Assembly: GCA_965552055.1 (NCBI GenBank)
Contig: CBEVQO010000002.1
Span: 32,001-96,000 of the forward strand
Direction of reading: 5' to 3'
DNA: 64,000 bases
From: an uncultured bacterium
GTDB lineage: Bacteria > Hydrothermota > UBA3073 > NMUJ01 > CBEVQO01
Numbering within the stretch: the first letter of the stretch is position 1; each line of letters begins with the position of its first letter. Shown one piece after another: positions 59,753-64,000 of this stretch. The position numbers were made by a program, and so were the translations under genes. The notes under the pieces were generated by a model. It did no database searches. It was not told the DNA's origin and worked only from the letters and a program-made list of their open reading frames with translations.

Positions 59753-60861
59753 CTCTTTATCAATTCAAAAATCAATTTCGTTGCATTCACCATATCACTT
59801 ATTTTGATAAACTCCTGATGGGTATGTACTTTTTGCATCCCAGTTCCCAGAATTACACATTTTATCCCCTTTTCATTGAAAACATTGGCATCGCTACCAC
59901 CGCCAGAAATAGCTGTATGCATATCAAAGCCAAGATGCCTCCCCGCTTCAAATACTTCTTTTACAATCTCATCATCTTCCGAAATTCTAAAGCATTTATA
60001 ATCTTTCCTTATATCAATTTCATCCCTTGCAAATTTTAATTCTCCATCGATAATTTTCGCAGATTCTTTAATAGCATCGAAGACACATTTTTTGATTTCA
60101 TTCACAACCATTTCAAGTTTATATTCTTTATGGCTTCTTGCTTCTGCTTTAATTTCGACATAATCTGGCACAATGTTTGAAGCAGTTCCTCCTTTTATAA
60201 CACCGACATTTGCTGTTGTTTCAGAATCTATTCTGCCACAGGGCATCCTTGCAATCGCTTTACTGGCTACCTGAATTGCGTTTATACCTTTCTCGGGCGA
60301 TGCACCGGCATGTGCTTTTATACCATAAATTTTTATATGGATGCGACAGGCAGAAGGTGCACCCACAACGACTTCATCAACATCACCATGGTCAAGAACA
60401 AAGCCATATTTTGACTTCAATTTTGAATAGTCAAGATTTTTCGCACCATACAAGCCTATCTCTTCTTCACGCGTAAACACAATTTCGAGTGACCTGTGTT
60501 TTAAACCATTTTCCTTTATCATCCTTATAGCCTCTATTATCTCCGCTACACCTGATTTTGCATCGGCACCCAAAATCGTCTTACCATCTGTCTTTATAAT
60601 ATCACCATTTATTTGAACATTGATATCAGGAGTATCTTCAACTGTATCAAGATGGGAATTTAGCATCACAAAATTACCTTCGCCATTAAAGCGAATTATC
60701 AAATTACGATAATTATCATAAAAAATCTCATCGGCATTTAAATCTCTAAAAATTTTCTCAATATAACGGGAAATCTCCTCTTCCTTCTTAGATGGACTTC
60801 TTATCTTCGCAAGATTTAAAAAAGTTTCTATCAATCTTTCTTTATTAACTTCAATAGACAT
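59749..60861 (-). CDS. M20 family peptidase (peptidase T-like)
   Basis: SHLDTV, LGADAKSG, EEIG, AHAG..PEKG, GGSDAN, VHT motifs. Confidence 0.92.
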   Translation of the reverse strand: MSIEVNKERLIETFLNLAKIRSPSKKEEEISRYIEKIFRDLNADEIFYDNYRNLIIRFNGEGNFVMLNSHLDTVEDTPDINVQINGDIIKTDGKTILGADAKSGVAEIIEAIRMIKENGLKHRSLEIVFTREEEIGLYGAKNLDYSKLKSKYGFVLDHGDVDEVVVGAPSACRIHIKIYGIKAHAGASPEKGINAIQVASKAIARMPCGRIDSETTANVGVIKGGTASNIVPDYVEIKAEARSHKEYKLEMVVNEIKKCVFDAIKESAKIIDGELKFARDEIDIRKDYKCFRISEDDEIVKEVFEAGRHLGFDMHTAISGGGSDANVFNEKGIKCVILGTGMQKVHTHQEFIKISDMVNATKLIFELIKR

Positions 60862-60866
60862 CCCTT

Positions 60867-60893
60867 ATAATAAGCATTTTACGAATTTGTCAA
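60867..60893 (-). promoter_or_regulatory. Internal promoter of the peptidase-sat operon, probably leaderless
   Basis: TTGACA-N15-TATTAT-N5-ATG, overlapping the upstream gene end. Confidence 0.6.
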
Positions 60894-61955
60894 CAACTTT
60901 TTTAATATTATGGGATACAATTTCTTAACAGGTGAAATATTATGGAACAAAATAGAAACTTCTCCCCCAAATTTTTCTATTTCTTTCTTCCCTTTTCTTA
61001 TTTTTTCCCAGATATTTTCATTATTTTTTAGCATTCTGTAAATTGCACTATCCATTATGAAAAGAGGATAAACTTTCACTTTCAATTTTCTGTCAAATGC
61101 TGTACTGTAAGCCCGGAATGGTCTGCATGTGCCACATTTAAAACCAATTTTATCCCTATAACCCATCGAAAAATCATACAAGATGCCAGACTTTTCATAT
61201 TCTAATAAGTCAGAAGGATAATTGAGTAAAAGATAATGAGCCCTCGCACTCCTCACGCTTTTACGGGATAATTTCTCTATTATCTTTTTATCCCTGATTA
61301 TTTTTTTAACATTCGCTATATGTAAACCTATTTCGGAAAAGAAATAACGGGATAAAAAAATTAAAGGTCTGCAAAAAATAGAATTTGCCCTGTAATTGCT
61401 GCCATAAGGACGCTCTATACCCGACAGGAAAAAAATCTTAGTATCGGGAAAATATTTTTTATACTTCCTGTTTATCAAATAAAGTTCATAAAAATCCACA
61501 AAATTTAAAGGATAAAGTTTTTTCCTTATTAAATCGACATCGTGTGTCAAAATTATTTTCTTTTCCTTTTTCATTCCAAACTCAACTCCCTTTTGTTTTG
61601 CAACTTTTCTTAACAATTCAAACAACAAATCACAATAATAATCTGTGAGTGGTGTTAAATAAAGTCCATTTTCCTCAATATATTCGATGCCCCTCTTTGT
61701 AAAAGTCAGGAAAAATATGGCTTTTATCAAATCGAACTCTATCTTTCCTTTCTCCTTCATTTCTTCGACTTCTTCTATTTTTACAATTTTAACTTCTTTT
61801 TCACAGGGAATAAAAACATCTCCATCACAGCCATAGCCAATTGTCAAATCTTCTCCTTCTTTCAGATTATGCCATTCTTTAAATGTATCAAAAACATGTT
61901 TTGCTTTACCTTCAAAATCTTTTTCACATTTTAAATTTACTTTTATCCCACTCAT
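60879..61955 (-). CDS. Polysaccharide deacetylase-like protein
   Basis: LTHDVD, EIGLH, RAHYL, YDFSMGY, GFKCGTC.PF, IMD, LFHN motifs. Confidence 0.8.
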   Translation of the reverse strand: MSGIKVNLKCEKDFEGKAKHVFDTFKEWHNLKEGEDLTIGYGCDGDVFIPCEKEVKIVKIEEVEEMKEKGKIEFDLIKAIFFLTFTKRGIEYIEENGLYLTPLTDYYCDLLFELLRKVAKQKGVEFGMKKEKKIILTHDVDLIRKKLYPLNFVDFYELYLINRKYKKYFPDTKIFFLSGIERPYGSNYRANSIFCRPLIFLSRYFFSEIGLHIANVKKIIRDKKIIEKLSRKSVRSARAHYLLLNYPSDLLEYEKSGILYDFSMGYRDKIGFKCGTCRPFRAYSTAFDRKLKVKVYPLFIMDSAIYRMLKNNENIWEKIRKGKKEIEKFGGEVSILFHNISPVKKLYPIILKKLLTNS

Positions 61956-62917
61956 ACTCTTAAATCTTTAACCCAATCCCAGTTATCTTTGAACCATTTT
62001 ACTGTTCTTTCTATTCCTTCTTCGAGACTTATTTTGGGCTCCCATTTTAACATTTTCTTCGCTTTTGTAATATCCGCCCATGTATGCCGAATATCTGCCT
62101 TATGAAAATTTTTATAAACTATTCTCATTTTCTTACCCGTAAATTTTTCTATCAACTCTATTAAATAATTTAATTTGTGGGGATTGTCTCCTCCCAAATT
62201 TATTATATGAAAATCCGAAAGCGTTAGAGACCTTATGGTCCCTTCTGATATATCATCAACATGCGTAAAATCCCTGCTTTGTGTTCCATCACCATAAACT
62301 TCGATTTCTTTCCCTTCCATTACCTTTTTGATAAACTTAAATACACTCATATCGGGTCTTCCTGCTTCTCCATAAACTGTGAAGTATCTCAAGATTATCA
62401 CATTGATACCATAAAGATAGTGATAAGTATAAGCGAGCATCTCTGCTGCTTTCTTTGACGCTGCATAGGGAGAAATTGGCGAATTCACAGGTAAATCTTC
62501 TTTAAAAGGAAGGGGACAGCCAGCATAAAGTGAAGAAGTTGAAGCCAATATAAATTTCTTAACATTATATTTTTTGCAGAGCTCAAGTAAATTCAATGTA
62601 CCTTTTACATTTGTTGAAAAGTAAACATGTGGATTCTCGATGGAGTATCTAACACCTGCCCGTGCTGCTTCGTTTATGACAATATCAAATTCGTACTCTT
62701 TAAATATCTTCTCCAATTCTTTAAAATTCTCAATGTCTATTTTAAAAAATCTAAAATTTTTAAATTTTTTGAGATGCTCAAGACGCCATTCTTTCAATCT
62801 GACATCATAATAATCGTTAAGATTATCTATGCCGATCACATAGTGTCCCTTTTCCAATAATTTTTCTGCAACTTTCGCACCTATAAATCCTGCAGCACCT
62901 GGTAGTAAAATATTCAC
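61952..62917 (-). CDS. NAD-dependent sugar epimerase (UDP-glucuronate 4-epimerase-like)
   Basis: GAAGFIG, DNLNDYYD, AGVRYS.ENP, YAASK, GRPDM motifs; start at GTG 62917. Confidence 0.92.
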   Translation of the reverse strand: MNILLPGAAGFIGAKVAEKLLEKGHYVIGIDNLNDYYDVRLKEWRLEHLKKFKNFRFFKIDIENFKELEKIFKEYEFDIVINEAARAGVRYSIENPHVYFSTNVKGTLNLLELCKKYNVKKFILASTSSLYAGCPLPFKEDLPVNSPISPYAASKKAAEMLAYTYHYLYGINVIILRYFTVYGEAGRPDMSVFKFIKKVMEGKEIEVYGDGTQSRDFTHVDDISEGTIRSLTLSDFHIINLGGDNPHKLNYLIELIEKFTGKKMRIVYKNFHKADIRHTWADITKAKKMLKWEPKISLEEGIERTVKWFKDNWDWVKDLRV

Positions 62918-62922
62918 CAATT

Positions 62923-62949
62923 AATTTAAAAAATTTACAGAATAGTCAA
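62923..62949 (-). promoter_or_regulatory. Promoter of the epimerase operon, probably leaderless
   Basis: TTGACT-N15-TAAATT-N5-GTG. Confidence 0.6.
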
Positions 62950-62964
62950 GTCTTTTCCTTTACT

Positions 62965-64000
62965 TTATAGCAAATCAATTAAAGGTCTAATAGATAACCA
63001 TTCTGCCGATGTAATAAGATTTTTCTTTCCTTTAGCATAATCGAGAACTTCTTTAACTCTTTCACGCCACTTTTTATCACGCAGTAGATGATGGTCATAG
63101 ATTATAAGCTCGGACTTTACATTTTCTACTATCCTTTTCATATTCTTTATCGCACGATTTAAATTCGTTCTATTCATCATGTATCCAAATAAATATGTTG
63201 GCGGACCGTCAACCGTAAGGAAATCGGGATTCTCCATGATTATCCAGTCTGCATAATCTTCAATTTGGGGACCCTGCAAATCCGAGCTGTATAAAATCTT
63301 TTTACCCTTATAACTTAATGTAAATGCCACCACCCAGCCAATCCTGTCATATTCAATGCCATGAAATAAAGGCAAAGTAAATTTTATCTCGGTATCCCCA
63401 AACTTAAAAGTTTTTCCATCGCAAAAGATTATTTCAAATCTTTCCTTTTTAAACTCCTTAATCCATTGTGATTTGAGCCACTTCTCTTTTAATTTCAAAA
63501 ACCATTTTTTACCTTTTTTAAAAAGTTCCTTTCTCCTTTCTGTATAATCACCGAAATCCAAATCCTTTGACTTCAATTTTTCAACAGGGTCTTCGATTTC
63601 AATCTTTTCAGGCTCATTTAAAATTTCTTCAAAATTAAATTCATAAATCTGTGATAATTGGGAAAAAAATAATCTCGCTCTTTCCCATTGTGAATTATTT
63701 ATGAATATATTGGGATTTTTCATCAGAATTTTTTTATCCTCATAGATTATAGATGCTTCCTGTGGTTTTACATGGTGGTCATAATGGTAATGTGTGATTA
63801 TCACGATATCTGCTTTTTTGGAGAACTCTATTATCGTTTCCAATGCCTTTTTCCTGAATAATGCCCTATAACGCTCTGCCATTGGATAACCGGGTTGCAT
63901 CCCGGCGCAACCAGGGTCACACAGCACACTTACATCGGGCGTCTCTATAAAGATTGACGAGGACTTAGCACCATAAGAATCAAACCATACAGGTCTTACC
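62965..64000 (-). CDS. MBL-fold hydrolase (UPF0282-like); 5' end lies beyond the window
   Basis: Frame open to the window edge (VRPVWFDSYGAKSS...DPG); THYHYDH, HG, SSDLQGP, DGPPTY, DHHLLRD motifs. Confidence 0.85.
   Translation of the reverse strand, partial: VRPVWFDSYGAKSSSIFIETPDVSVLCDPGCAGMQPGYPMAERYRALFRKKALETIIEFSKKADIVIITHYHYDHHVKPQEASIIYEDKKILMKNPNIFINNSQWERARLFFSQLSQIYEFNFEEILNEPEKIEIEDPVEKLKSKDLDFGDYTERRKELFKKGKKWFLKLKEKWLKSQWIKEFKKERFEIIFCDGKTFKFGDTEIKFTLPLFHGIEYDRIGWVVAFTLSYKGKKILYSSDLQGPQIEDYADWIIMENPDFLTVDGPPTYLFGYMMNRTNLNRAIKNMKRIVENVKSELIIYDHHLLRDKKWRERVKEVLDYAKGKKNLITSAEWLSIRPLIDLL

Noticed and set aside
589..62860. Numerous 60-170 aa ORFs antisense to or nested in long genes
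   Set aside because: Shadow frames of well-supported genes, with no motifs or translation signals.

Overview
AT-rich, gene-dense bacterial chromosomal segment, mostly on the minus strand. It looks like a thermophilic diderm of the FCB/WOR-3 type, inferred from PorV-like and FlgD/T9SS-like C-terminal domains, hldD, K/E-rich proteins and several archaeal-type families. Housekeeping genes (pnp, cdd, tRNA-Arg(CCT), mgtE, tldD/pmbA, miaA, hldD, RNase HIII, sat) are mixed with accessory DNA. Main observations: (1) A ~20 kb locus (7.2-27.2 kb) where three promoter + beta-propeller gene + secreted M23 peptidase units lie in tandem. Only the last M23 domain is joined to a ~4000-aa Ig/NHL stalk with a T9SS-like C-terminus (split by one in-frame TAA), followed by a PorV-like barrel. 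This resembles a polymorphic N-terminal toxin/immunity system with orphan cassettes stacked on the 5' side. (2) About 20 sigma70-like promoters with a 15-bp -35/-10 spacer, about ten apparently driving leaderless mRNAs. (3) Five copies of a mosaic non-coding intergenic element with GNA mini-hairpins, a covarying stem, 21-bp phased AT units and a terminal G-quadruplex-type motif. (4) Four tandem, centrally diversified PaREP1/HEPN-like genes at an exact 370-bp period. (5) A decayed islet with HEPN (ApeA-like) and class III cyclase pseudogenes. No CRISPR array, rRNA, transposase, integrase or reverse transcriptase was seen. All calls come from reading motifs by eye; no searches were run.
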